DNA of 64,000 nt from Nostoc sp. (GCA_036918135.1 JBALDB010000018.1:1-64000); one strand, 5' to 3'. Counted from the stretch's first letter, positions 36,962 to 48,159 are shown. Translations and numbers: made by a program. Notes: generated by a model from the letters alone, not told the origin.

Positions 36962-37141
36962 CCATGCCCTAACAGAAGAAGCATACATACACATTCATAA
37001 CGATCCTAAGGTAGTAAAATTCGAGCGATCAAACTAGCGAAGTATGATTTATAAATTTTTTGCAGATTTAGCATACGTGCCCACTGCCAATAGTTGGTAA
37101 GAGCGATCGTAAGCTGTAAAAAGCTTCTTAAACTTGTACGG
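36962..37141 (+). ncRNA. handle RNA 2: circularly permuted 23S rRNA domain IV (H67-H71) mimic
   Basis: Handle motifs at both ends; ATAACGATCCTAAGGTAGTAAAATTC (36997-37022) resembles 23S 1916-1941; 37078-37112 resembles truncated H68 plus the H69 5' strand. Confidence 0.75.
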
Positions 37142-37156
37142 ATTAATTGAAGAATT

Positions 37157-37300
37157 AATTCCGCGCCCTGACTTGTAAAGCATACAAACATATATCCGGT
37201 AACGGAATACAGGTTCGATTCCTGTCGCTCCCTTTGATGGGAGCGTAGCCAAATTGGTAAAGGCAACTGTGAAAACTGCTTTGCTAACTTGTGCGGAATT
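37157..37300 (+). ncRNA. handle RNA 3: YrlA-like RNA with a circularly permuted class II tRNA domain
   Basis: Order: variable arm, T arm, acceptor stem CGCTCCC-tttgat-GGGAGCG closed by a loop, D arm; enclosed by the handle. Confidence 0.85.
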
Positions 37301-37361
37301 TCAATTATTTAAAATAGTAGTGTTTAGAGCAAGCCTTAGTGATTTTTCAAAACTAAAACTT

Positions 37362-37491
<130 letters not shown>

Positions 37492-37649
37492 TATAAATAT
37501 TAGATTTGGCAAAATTTTGATTGAGTGGAGGAAACTTATGCTCAAAGCTTTTAAAGACAGATTTTAAATAAAAAATCTTAATTTTAAAGCTATTAACTGG
37601 AATTAAAAACAATACTATTTATTGCAATTTAATATGATTTGAGGCTGCT

Positions 37650-38030
37650 ATGTCTGTGAACACTCTAGAAATTTTAGAGCAAATCAAGTCTCTAAATGTC
37701 AATGAAACCGCTCAATTAGTAAAGCAGATTGAAGCAACTTTCAATGTCGATATATCCACACCTAAATTCCTTAAGATTGACAAGCGAGATGAGGATGAAA
37801 CTCAACCGCAGATTCAAACGGAATTTGATGTCTTGTTGGTATCGGTTCCAACAGAGAAAAAGATTGCCTTACTCAAGGTCATCCGGACGGTGACTGGACT
37901 GGGACTCAAAGAAGCAAAAGACTTTGTAGAATCCCTGCCTCAAGTAGTTCAAGCAGGACTGAATCAAGAAGCGGCTGAAATTCTTAAGCAGCAGCTAGAG
38001 GAAACAGGAGCAGTTGTTTCTCTGATGTAA
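37650..38030 (+). CDS. rplL: ribosomal protein L7/L12 paralogue
   Basis: QTEFDVLL, KKIALLKVIRTVTGLGLKEAKDFVES; not next to rplJ; atypical charged hinge. Confidence 0.9.
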   Translation: MSVNTLEILEQIKSLNVNETAQLVKQIEATFNVDISTPKFLKIDKRDEDETQPQIQTEFDVLLVSVPTEKKIALLKVIRTVTGLGLKEAKDFVESLPQVVQAGLNQEAAEILKQQLEETGAVVSLM

Positions 38031-38095
38031 CAGAATTAGTCAAACAGGGAGTGTTGACTGCTGAGTTACGAATTCTCACTATCTTCCCAATCCTT

Positions 38096-38207
38096 GGCAG
38101 TTGTTGCTGCGCCCCGATAGCAGAAGCTTACATAACTCTGCATAAGTTATACACGATGCTTCTACAACTTGCGTGGTGACTGTATCGCCCCGCGTGCAAC
38201 ATCTGCC
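38096..38207 (+). ncRNA. handle RNA 5: minimal version with a lone anticodon-like stem-loop
   Basis: Handle 38107-38176; cargo ATAACT-CTGCATA-AGTTAT; outer helix GGCAG.TGTTGC/GCAACA.CTGCC. Confidence 0.75.
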
Positions 38208-38223
38208 TCCTCATCCATCATAA

Positions 38224-39672
<1,449 letters not shown>

Positions 39673-39807
39673 AGTACATCAGGGTGCGTTATGGTTACTC
39701 ATCACGCATCCCGATCTTATTCCATCATATATCCTCACTTTTATTGATTTACAAAGTTATAGTAAATTCTGTAAATTTAACTTATTATTAACTAATTCAA
39801 TTTGTTA

Positions 39808-40914
39808 CTAAACACCAAATAGGTACTTAGCAATGCTTTTATTTTTCATCAGAATGAATACAGCTAACCAACTCATGATAAAAGTGGGTAGAGAAAATGC
39901 TAATTGAGAAATAAAAGTTACTTCATCTAATAACTGAGGTTGAGTTTTCTTCAGATAAATCTCCATAAAATTAATTCCAAATAGGTGTATCAAGTAAATT
40001 CCAAAAGAACATAATGCTAAATTTCTTATGACGCTGTTTGGTTTTAAGTAATTCGATAAAACAATACCGTATAATAAAAGAGAATATCCCAGAAAAACTT
40101 CCCGAAAACCAGTAAGTATTGGGTTACTATAAACGTCAGCAATAAGAAATAAACCTAATAACAAGTAAGCATATACGAGTTTCACACGCAACAATGAAAA
40201 GTTGGTTTTAAGAAGTAAATACCTTAAAGTCATTGCAATAAAAAAGTAAGGTAAACACCTCAATAACCATGCTACTTCTATAGATATAAACCTCAAAAAC
40301 TCATTTTTAGAAGGCTCGTAATTCACTAGATTAAATAAATTATTAAAAGCTATATCGTTATGTAAATCTACTGTATTTCCAGTAATTAAAAGCAGGTTGT
40401 AGAGGATGAGGCTCAACAGAGACAAACTAGCTAATATTTTAAGTCCAATTTTCGGTTTTGCGAAGTAATTTGCAAATATTATGAGCGAAGTACCTACTAG
40501 CAATAGCGGTAAATAGTATAATTGATATGATGCTTTTCCATAAAATATAATTAAAAAAGGATCTCCTAATAGATGATTTAATTCTTCTTTTTGATTTGAT
40601 GCTGAAAACATAATTATTTTGGCAATCAGATAAATAACTGTCCAAACTATATATGGTATTAGGAGACGCCGACATCTTGCTTTCCAATAAGTTAATGAAA
40701 AGTCAGCATTCGACTTACAAATCATGAAGTAGAAAGATGCAGCTAAGAAAAAGGGAACAGCAAAACTAAATAGATATTGTATCTCTTGGGAAAAGTAACT
40801 TGCACGATCCCGATTTGGATCGGCTGAATGTAGTAAGACAACTGCGTATGCCGCGATTCCTCGGCACAAATCAACACCCGATAGCCTTGGTTTTGCCTCT
40901 ATTTTTGACTGCAT
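39808..40914 (-). CDS. acyltransferase family 3 membrane protein
   Basis: DLCRGIAAYAVVLLH, FAVPFF, RRLLIPY, SFGIYLIH; AT-rich. Confidence 0.9.
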   Translation of the reverse strand: MQSKIEAKPRLSGVDLCRGIAAYAVVLLHSADPNRDRASYFSQEIQYLFSFAVPFFLAASFYFMICKSNADFSLTYWKARCRRLLIPYIVWTVIYLIAKIIMFSASNQKEELNHLLGDPFLIIFYGKASYQLYYLPLLLVGTSLIIFANYFAKPKIGLKILASLSLLSLILYNLLLITGNTVDLHNDIAFNNLFNLVNYEPSKNEFLRFISIEVAWLLRCLPYFFIAMTLRYLLLKTNFSLLRVKLVYAYLLLGLFLIADVYSNPILTGFREVFLGYSLLLYGIVLSNYLKPNSVIRNLALCSFGIYLIHLFGINFMEIYLKKTQPQLLDEVTFISQLAFSLPTFIMSWLAVFILMKNKSIAKYLFGV

Positions 40915-40976
40915 TGTTAGTATTAAAGTAGATTTTTTGAAAAAATAAAGTATTCAAGTGGTTTTTTGTTTATAGA

Positions 40977-41119
40977 TAGGACTTATGCACTTTACACATT
41001 GACTATCATGTGGATGGTAGGCTCGTTAAGCTAAAAGTCTTGCCCTGCCTCGTTCCCAGATTCTGCCTTGTAACGATAGGTAAGCCACAGTTGTTATCTC
41101 TGTGAATGCATAAGTCCTA
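40977..41119. repeat. MITE-like element with 13-bp inverted ends
   Basis: TAGGACTTATGCA ... TGCATAAGTCCTA. Confidence 0.6.
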
Positions 41120-41240
41120 ATAAAGTTAACCAATTAATATTAGAAATACCATACCATATAAAACCCGATTTGATTTATGAAAACATCATGAGACTAAAAA
41201 GCCCGTTTTATCTAAAATCTTATTCAAAAATTAAATATGA

Positions 41241-41549
<309 letters not shown>

Positions 41550-41707
41550 TGAAATCATTCTGCGTATGCAGATAAAGGTTTTGATGCTCTGAGTAATTTA
41601 GCTTTTTTGTCTTTGTTGAAATAAGGCTGTAAATTAAAGGGTTTAAGATCCGCTTTGTAGGCATAACTAGCAGCCAAAATATTTACCGGAAAGTAACAAG
41701 TGTTAAT

Positions 41708-41725
41708 TGTAGTATAATGTAGTAT
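41708..41725 (+). promoter_or_regulatory. tandem TGTAGTAT boxes overlapping a TATAAT -10 element
   Basis: TGTAGTATaaTGTAGTAT; TATAAT at 41713-41718, just upstream of handle RNA 6. Confidence 0.7.
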
Positions 41726-41735
41726 TAGAATCTCA

Positions 41736-41938
41736 TGCGTGCCCCAACTCGTGGAGCCTACATATTAGTACGAGAGGAAGGTAACACTGCCGAATGCAGT
41801 GGGCGTTAGTGAACGGGGAGTGCGAAGAACCTGGAAAGTGGGCTTAGAAGTAGCCATCTTTGAAAGAGTGTGTAACAACTCACCAGCGGAGTCCCTCTAG
41901 TAACTGAGAAAACGCAATGCTCCACCAACTTGCACGCA
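41736..41938 (+). ncRNA. handle RNA 6: sarcin-ricin loop plus GTPase-associated centre (H42-H44) mimic
   Basis: AGTACGAGAGGA at 41767-41778; 41830-41887 colinear with 23S 1051-1108; handle TGCGTGC/GCACGCA. Confidence 0.85.
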
Positions 41939-41976
41939 GAATTATACAGTAATCTTAAATTATTCGTTAGAACCAA

Positions 41977-42010
41977 GATACCCGACTTCTTTTGAAAAGT
42001 TGGGTATCTA
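41977..42010. terminator. hairpin between RNA 6 and the convergent gene
   Basis: AGATACCCGACTT...AAGTTGGGTATCT inverted repeat. Confidence 0.6.
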
Positions 42011-42030
42011 AACCCTACTGAGCGATAAAA

Positions 42031-42423
42031 TTAAAGTTTACTTTCAGTCTTTGACTTTAATACCTGTATCGCTTTGAATCCTTCTATAGTCTGACCTAAA
42101 AATATCATGGGAATAATCAAGCCAAACGGTTTACCTGTTTGAATCGTATTGTAAATGCCAGTTAACGCATTTAGCGACATCAATCCTACTGCAATACCTA
42201 GTGCAATTTTTGATTTACGTTGTACAAAAAAACCTAGAACTAGATAGAGTAAACCAAAACCTAAAAACCCAATTCCTAATATTAGATAATCAGGCAATCG
42301 ATTACCAACGATAAAGAATATTATGCTTAGGAAAATACTCAAAATTCCAATTGCGTAAACTGCACGATAAGCAGATGCTAACTTTTTTCTGGACTCTGAC
42401 ATCTGTTGTATTTCGGTAGTCAT
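42031..42423 (-). CDS. small integral membrane protein
   Basis: Four hydrophobic segments. Confidence 0.75.
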   Translation of the reverse strand: MTTEIQQMSESRKKLASAYRAVYAIGILSIFLSIIFFIVGNRLPDYLILGIGFLGFGLLYLVLGFFVQRKSKIALGIAVGLMSLNALTGIYNTIQTGKPFGLIIPMIFLGQTIEGFKAIQVLKSKTESKL

Positions 42424-42551
42424 GCTTTTTCTATTTTTTGGGTTTATTGAGAGTAAATAATGTAGAAGCTATAGAACTTAAAAGATATATTTTTTATATA
42501 CTTAAATTTATAAATTTGCTTATGTAATTTTGCTTAAAAAAACGATAATTT

Positions 42552-43382
42552 ATGACTGACATCCGTAAGCTAATCAACCAAATTGCTAGCGCAGAAGCAC
42601 AGTTGTGTAATACTCAATTTCTTGCGCCTTGTGTAAAAGGTGGACGAGTTCGCACACGAGTAGTAGGGATGGTCTATACCTTCACACCAAAGCCGAATAA
42701 ATTTGAAGGTTGGGGTATTTTTCAGCCGGTGGATGAGAAGATAGCAATGGTTGTGGAAGAGGCAGATTTACCTCAAATTGCCGAATACCTGCAACACTTT
42801 CCCCAAATACGGCTGCGGCTAGCATACCAACTGCGGGGACAAAGTTGGTTAGCATACCCCGTGAATGAAGCAGATATACGTCAACGGTTGCAGGTGGTTA
42901 AACCGATCGCCATTCATCTAGTAACTGAAAGTATTATTTTTGACCAAATCATCGCCCGTTGGAATGGACAGTCCTGCTGGTTTGAGGAAATCGATCATCG
43001 TACCGATCCGGCTATTGTTGAAACTCTGCAATCAGCTGTTAAGCAACTGATTCCCGTTGAAGAATTGCAATTTAAAGGCATAACGCCAGAAATTCGCACA
43101 GTCTATGAATTAGCAACACGGCAAATTGAAGGCTTTGGGCAACCCCAACAGGATGAAAAGCGATTGAGAAAGGCATTGCAGATGGGTGGCGGTGAATTAA
43201 AGCAGTTTCACGATCGCGGTGATTACTGGACAGTGGACTGGACAACTGCTGATGGTGTTCGCCACAGTAGTGCGATCGCCAAAACTGACTTGACTGTAAT
43301 CAGTTCTGGTATTTGCCTAAGTGGATACGATCGCAACTTTGACTTGCAATCGTTAGTTGGTGTAATGGAACAACAAGAGTAG
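42552..43382 (+). CDS. hypothetical protein with C-terminal SGICLSG motif, directly upstream of ThiF
   Basis: 276-aa ORF, 24 bp upstream of the ThiF gene; family not recognised. Confidence 0.85.
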   Translation: MTDIRKLINQIASAEAQLCNTQFLAPCVKGGRVRTRVVGMVYTFTPKPNKFEGWGIFQPVDEKIAMVVEEADLPQIAEYLQHFPQIRLRLAYQLRGQSWLAYPVNEADIRQRLQVVKPIAIHLVTESIIFDQIIARWNGQSCWFEEIDHRTDPAIVETLQSAVKQLIPVEELQFKGITPEIRTVYELATRQIEGFGQPQQDEKRLRKALQMGGGELKQFHDRGDYWTVDWTTADGVRHSSAIAKTDLTVISSGICLSGYDRNFDLQSLVGVMEQQE

Positions 43383-43406
43383 TAAGTGTATTAATTACGA
43401 ATTATT

Positions 43407-44045
43407 ATGAGTATCTTTTTTCACGAACAGCTTTACCGCAGCAATGCTGTGATGGCAAAGTTGAAAAACTATCCTGTAACAATTTGTGGGGCGGGGGCGT
43501 TAGGGGCTAATATTGCTGAGAATATGGCTCGGTCTGGTTTTGATAAACTGACAGTAATCGATTGCGATCGCATTGAGGAGCGTAATCTTTCCACCCAGCC
43601 TTACTACCGTTCCGATGTTGGAGCATTCAAAGCAAAAATATTGGCAAACAATTTATACCGAGCAATTGGTACTAAAGTTGATGCTAAAACCAAAGAATTG
43701 ACATCAGCAAATGTCAATCAACTACTCCAAGATAGTCAATTAATTATTGATGCTTTTGACAATAGCGTAGCACGTCAATTAGTAAAAGATTATGCCACTC
43801 AATTTAGCATTCCTTGTCTTCATGCTGGGCTAGCAGTTGATTATGCAGAGGTAATTTGGAATGATGTTTATCGCGTTCCTTCTGAGGTTAATGATGATGT
43901 TTGTGATTATCCTTTGGCACGAAACTTAGTAATATTAACCGTTGCTGTAGTATCGGAAGCGATTGTTTCATTTATTGCCACAACAGAACGGCGTAACTTC
44001 ACCATCACTTTGAAGGATTTGACTGTTCAACCTTTGTTTTTGTAG
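43407..44045 (+). CDS. ThiF/MoeB/E1-like adenylyltransferase
   Basis: GAGALG, D.DRIEERNLSTQ, KA, IIDAFDN..AR; lacks CxxC zinc pairs. Confidence 0.92.
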   Translation: MSIFFHEQLYRSNAVMAKLKNYPVTICGAGALGANIAENMARSGFDKLTVIDCDRIEERNLSTQPYYRSDVGAFKAKILANNLYRAIGTKVDAKTKELTSANVNQLLQDSQLIIDAFDNSVARQLVKDYATQFSIPCLHAGLAVDYAEVIWNDVYRVPSEVNDDVCDYPLARNLVILTVAVVSEAIVSFIATTERRNFTITLKDLTVQPLFL

Positions 44046-44127
44046 ATGGCGATCGCAGAATTTGTAATAAGCTGGAAAAGCTAAACCATTAACAGCGAAA
44101 ATGAGCAAATTATGAGCCTTAAAACCA

Positions 44128-44358
44128 GTGCCTAAGAAAATTAGAGAACTGAAGGCAATGGTAGCAAAAGTTGGATATATTCTTCAGCCAGGTCGAGGAA
44201 AAGGAAGTCATACGTATTGGAAACATCCGTTATTACCTGAAGAACCTCTGACTATTCCAGGTAAGGAGGGAGATGATGCTCCGCTATATTTGGAGAAGAA
44301 CATTCAACGGGTTCTCAAAAGGTTGGAAGAGTTTGAAAGCGATGAAGGTGAATCATAA
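44128..44358 (+). CDS. hicA: HicA toxin (mRNA interferase)
   Basis: GKGSH motif, 76 aa. Confidence 0.9.
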   Translation: MPKKIRELKAMVAKVGYILQPGRGKGSHTYWKHPLLPEEPLTIPGKEGDDAPLYLEKNIQRVLKRLEEFESDEGES

Positions 44359-44589
44359 ATGAGTTATTACTACAGCATGGTGATTCAGTGGTCAGAGGAC
44401 GATCGACTATTCTTAGTGCATTTGCCAGAGTTCCCCTGGCAGGAGTTTCATACGCATGGCAAAACTTACGAAGAAGCTGCCAAAAATGGGCAGGAAGTAA
44501 TTGAGGCGTTTGTTGAGATGCTGCAAGAAGAGGGAAAACCACTACCAGAACCCAGAATGCTTCCTAGACGACCATTACAGGTTGCTTAG
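44359..44589 (+). CDS. hicB: HicB antitoxin
   Basis: WSEDD...LPEF...THGKTYEEA...GKPLPEP. Confidence 0.9.
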   Translation: MSYYYSMVIQWSEDDRLFLVHLPEFPWQEFHTHGKTYEEAAKNGQEVIEAFVEMLQEEGKPLPEPRMLPRRPLQVA

Positions 44590-44604
44590 TCAATCTGATT
44601 AATG

Positions 44605-45339
44605 CTAAAGCATTTTTTCTAAAAACTGCTTAGCGCGATCGCATTTAGGATTCTGGAAAAACTCACTCGGAGCTGTATCTTCTGCTAAAATTCCTTGGTC
44701 GAGGAACATAATTCGATTGGCAACTTCTCTGGCAAAACCCATTTCATGGGTAACAATCGCCATTGTCATACCAGATAAGGCTAAAGCTTTCATCACTTCC
44801 AGCACATCTTTGACCATTTCTGGATCTAAAGCAGAGGTGGGTTCATCGAACAAAATCATCTGTGGTTCCATTGCTAACGCGCGGGCGATCGCTACTCGCT
44901 GTTTTTGTCCCCCCGATAGTTTGGACGGGTAGACATGGGCTTTTGGCTCTAAACCTACTTTTGCCAGCAATTCTAAACCATGTTGCTGGGCTTTTTGCTG
45001 AGCTATTTTCTTCACCTTGATGGGCGCGTAGGTGACATTTTGCAGCACCGTCATGTGGGGAAACAAATTAAAATGTTGAAATACCATCACCAAATGCTGG
45101 CGAACTTTAGCAATGTTTGCTTTCGGATTAGTGATTTCTTGTTCTTGAAAATAGACTCTTCCTCTGGTGGGTTGTTCTAGCAAATTCATGCATCGCAAAA
45201 AGGTAGACTTACCGGAACCTGAAGGGCCTAATATGGCAACCACTTCACCCCGATTAATCTCAGTGGAAATATCTTTGAGTACGTCGAGTTGACCAAAGGA
45301 TTTACACAAAAATTCCGTGCGAATTATTGCATTACTCAC
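44605..45339 (-). CDS. polar amino acid ABC transporter ATPase
   Basis: [28 protein letters not shown]. Confidence 0.95.
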   Translation of the reverse strand: MSNAIIRTEFLCKSFGQLDVLKDISTEINRGEVVAILGPSGSGKSTFLRCMNLLEQPTRGRVYFQEQEITNPKANIAKVRQHLVMVFQHFNLFPHMTVLQNVTYAPIKVKKIAQQKAQQHGLELLAKVGLEPKAHVYPSKLSGGQKQRVAIARALAMEPQMILFDEPTSALDPEMVKDVLEVMKALALSGMTMAIVTHEMGFAREVANRIMFLDQGILAEDTAPSEFFQNPKCDRAKQFLEKML

Positions 45340-46822
45340 TTTGCCGTAATCTCCTTTCTAAAGTAGATGCACCGAAGGTCAAACCCATGACCAAAACATA
45401 ATAAATTAATCCTGCAAACAGTAAGGGTTCAAAATAAATATATTTATTTGCACCAACGATTTGGGCACTGCGTAATATTTCTACCACACCAATTGTTGAC
45501 ACCAGGGCGGAATCTTTCAACAGTCCAATAGTTTCATTTACTAATGCTGGTAGAATGTTCTTCAATGCTTGGGGCAAAATCACATCCCACATCATCAACC
45601 AATAGGGAACACCCATAGACATCGCCGCTTCACTTTGCCCTTTATCTACTGCTTGAATCCCACCCCTGATGGTTTCCGACATATAAGCGCCAGAATTCAA
45701 GGTAAAAGTTAACACCCCTGCCTCCAATGCCGAAATCTTATAGCCTGTAAGCTGGGGTGTTGCGTAGTAAACCAACGCCAATTGTAACAGCAAGGGTGTG
45801 CCTCGAAAGATAGAAGTGTAAGCATTAGCAACCCACGTCAGCGGCTTAATCCCGATAATTTTAGATAGAGAGAGTATTGTTCCCCAGATTAAACCCAATG
45901 TTACGGATAATAGCGTAAACAACAAAGTTAAAGGGATGCCCCGCAGAATAAAGGGAATATCTGGAAATATTCTCCTGATGTCAAAATTTAATCCTTTTTT
46001 GGCAGGAGTTGAGGATGTAGTATCGGTGATAATATTCTCAGAAAACCACTTATTTACTAATTGATTTAATCTGCCATTCTCCTTCATTTGTTGCAAGACT
46101 TTGTTAAAAGGTTCGACAAAAGCAGAATTTTTGGGAAAAGCGATCGCCGATCCACTTGCTTCTTCTGAAGGGATAATATTAAATTCTAAATCTGGATTGG
46201 CTTGGGCAAATCCTTTAGCAACGGTATCCTCAACAATTGCCGCATCAATTCGCCCAGATTTAATTTCTTGAACTACTTCGGGAACTTTATTAAGTTGCTT
46301 TATTTGAATGCCTGTAACTTTTTGAGCAATTTTTTTCGCATTTTGCTCCTGTATAGTTCCTAGTTGTACCCCAACTTTTTTTCCCGATAAATCTTGTGGC
46401 TGCTTGAGATTGCTACCCTTAACAGCAACAATCGTATCTTTGGCTTCATAATAAATAATTGAAAAATCAACATTTTTCTGACGTTCTGGAGTTGGAGTCA
46501 TCCCCGCCATTACAAAGTCTGCTCGATTTGCTTGGAGTGCAGGAATTAAGCCATTAAAATCCGATTCCATAATTTGAAGTTTAAACCCTAGTTTTTGAGC
46601 AAGGGTTTTGGCAATATCTATATCAAAGCCAACAATTTGACTTTCACCTGTTTTAGTATCGTAAAATTCATAAGGCGGATAATCTGGTGAAGTAATCATC
46701 GTTAGCGTGTCTTTCCCTAAAGATGAAGCAGCTTTGAGAGACTCGCTATATCCTGTGATAATATTGATTGCTACTATTAGTGCAAAGAATATCGTTAATA
46801 GCCATACTCTTGTTTTTTTCAC
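45332..46822 (-). CDS. polar amino acid ABC transporter, fused binding protein and permease
   Basis: SBP family 3 (YPPYE, GFDID) plus permease (RGTPLL, EAA loop). Confidence 0.93.
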   Translation of the reverse strand: MKKTRVWLLTIFFALIVAINIITGYSESLKAASSLGKDTLTMITSPDYPPYEFYDTKTGESQIVGFDIDIAKTLAQKLGFKLQIMESDFNGLIPALQANRADFVMAGMTPTPERQKNVDFSIIYYEAKDTIVAVKGSNLKQPQDLSGKKVGVQLGTIQEQNAKKIAQKVTGIQIKQLNKVPEVVQEIKSGRIDAAIVEDTVAKGFAQANPDLEFNIIPSEEASGSAIAFPKNSAFVEPFNKVLQQMKENGRLNQLVNKWFSENIITDTTSSTPAKKGLNFDIRRIFPDIPFILRGIPLTLLFTLLSVTLGLIWGTILSLSKIIGIKPLTWVANAYTSIFRGTPLLLQLALVYYATPQLTGYKISALEAGVLTFTLNSGAYMSETIRGGIQAVDKGQSEAAMSMGVPYWLMMWDVILPQALKNILPALVNETIGLLKDSALVSTIGVVEILRSAQIVGANKYIYFEPLLFAGLIYYVLVMGLTFGASTLERRLRQSE

Positions 46823-47015
46823 GGGCTTGAGAATTATTTAATGGATTTGACAATTATATAAATCCACTCTCATTTTGCCAGGATTCTAACAATTACGATT
46901 TCTGTACGACCTTAACGAAAAAATATCATAGAGACGTTGCATTGCAACGTCTCTACATCTGTTGGAATAGCTTAAGATAGCTGTATCTTCCCGTCTACAC
47001 ACATAGCCGAGTGAA

Positions 47016-47540
47016 CTACTCGCTTTCATTCATCCGTTGTACGCTCCAAAAATGTTCTGCAAATGCAACGGCGGGGTGAATTGGAGCTTTAGGCTTGGTT
47101 TTGAGTACCATAGATGCTTCATGAGGTAAGCGATCGCTCTTAGTTGAGTTACACTTCTCGCAGGCAGTTACAACGTTATCCCAACTATGCTGTCCACCTT
47201 TGGAACGAGGAATCACATGGTCAAGGGTTAAACGCTTACCGCTACCACAGTATTGACAAGTATGATTATCGCGCTTGAGTACTTCACGACGATTTACAGG
47301 AGGTACTTTCCAGTGTCGTTCTGGATTACCCGTTGTCAAACGAATGTGTTCCGGAACTTGTAGTACAATACTGGGCGAGCGGACTTCCCACTGCTTTGTA
47401 CTGCCAAAATTCAATGATTCTGCTTGACCAGTAACTAACAGTACTATTGCTCGTTTGATGTTGATACGTGCCAATGGTAAGTAGTTCTTGGAGAAGACTA
47501 CCACCGAATTTTGTAGTATGTGTGGCTGCTGAACTTGCAT
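47016..47540 (-). CDS. HNH endonuclease
   Basis: RDNHTCQYCG..LTLDHVIPRSKGG..WDNVVTACEKCNSTK; ATG at 47540 with GAGGAG RBS. Confidence 0.93.
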   Translation of the reverse strand: MQVQQPHILQNSVVVFSKNYLPLARINIKRAIVLLVTGQAESLNFGSTKQWEVRSPSIVLQVPEHIRLTTGNPERHWKVPPVNRREVLKRDNHTCQYCGSGKRLTLDHVIPRSKGGQHSWDNVVTACEKCNSTKSDRLPHEASMVLKTKPKAPIHPAVAFAEHFWSVQRMNESE

Positions 47541-47556
47541 GGATAAAGAGCTCCTC

Positions 47557-47596
47557 AAAAAAATAACCCCCACTTCTGGTTATCAGCAGCGGGGGT
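47557..47596 (-). terminator. terminator/attenuator immediately upstream of the HNH RBS
   Basis: ACCCCCGCT...AGTGGGGGT-TATTTTTTT on the minus strand. Confidence 0.75.
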
Positions 47597-47835
47597 CAGG
47601 TAGTTGATACTTTTTGCCTGTTTATAGGTGCTATCAAACAGTTGCACCTCCCGCTGTGGATTATTCGATCCCAATTGACCACTAGAGCGATCGTGAAAAT
47701 ACTTTCACTTGCAGATTTAACCCCCAATAACCAATACGTCCTCTCAAACGCACGCGCACCAGGTGTTCTGCCTGTACCCTTGCTCGGTTGACAATGCATC
47801 ATGCTATTAATGGTTGAAGAGAATCTGGTTATCAT
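47596..47835 (-). CDS. putative leader ORF
   Basis: 79-aa ORF whose TGA abuts the terminator stem. Confidence 0.4.
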   Translation of the reverse strand: MITRFSSTINSMMHCQPSKGTGRTPGARAFERTYWLLGVKSASESIFTIALVVNWDRIIHSGRCNCLIAPINRQKVSTT

Positions 47836-47843
47836 CGAATTTC

Positions 47844-47860
47844 TGTAGTATTTGTAGTTT
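47844..47860. promoter_or_regulatory. TGTAGTAT/TGTAGTTT boxes upstream of the HNH unit
   Basis: Same motif as at 36275, 36316, 41708 and 41718. Confidence 0.6.
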
Positions 47861-48159
47861 AAATTTATTGTATAATACAACTTGTAATATTAATTTGTCT
47901 AGTGCCAATATTTCTAGAGGATGACGACAGATAATCTGCCGAATATCCAAAGCTTGAACAGCATATTCTCTAATTATGACACTTTCACAGCCATTAGTTG
48001 CCCCAAATGAATTTTCTGTAAAGATATCAGCTCGAGTTTATCCAATTAATGAGGACGGTATTAACTGTACCGATGAATGGGACTATTGGTATTAAATTTA
48101 GTAACCTAGAAAAGTAGATGTTTATATTTCCAGATAGAGCCACTCGACTATCAGTCTAA

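Noticed and set aside
37074..37113. 16S 530-loop (h18) mimic reading of TACGTGCC...GGTAA...CGTA
   Set aside because: It needs two insertions; the 23S H67/H68/H69 reading explains the same bases with covarying pairs and matches the 5' cargo.
37538..37567. Tiny ORF MLKAFKDRF with a GGAGG RBS upstream of the rplL paralogue
   Set aside because: Too short to support without conservation or ribosome profiling data.
38046..38065. AGGGAGTGTTGACTGCTGAG resembling a 23S domain V segment (AGGGAGCTTGACTGC)
   Set aside because: Short, gapped and not inside a handle; could be chance. Worth rechecking only if conserved in homologues.
41767..41887. rRNA gene, rRNA pseudogene or assembly contamination
   Set aside because: The pieces are in non-native order (SRL before H43/44), show compensatory changes and sit inside the same handle as five other RNAs; no other rRNA sequence flanks them.
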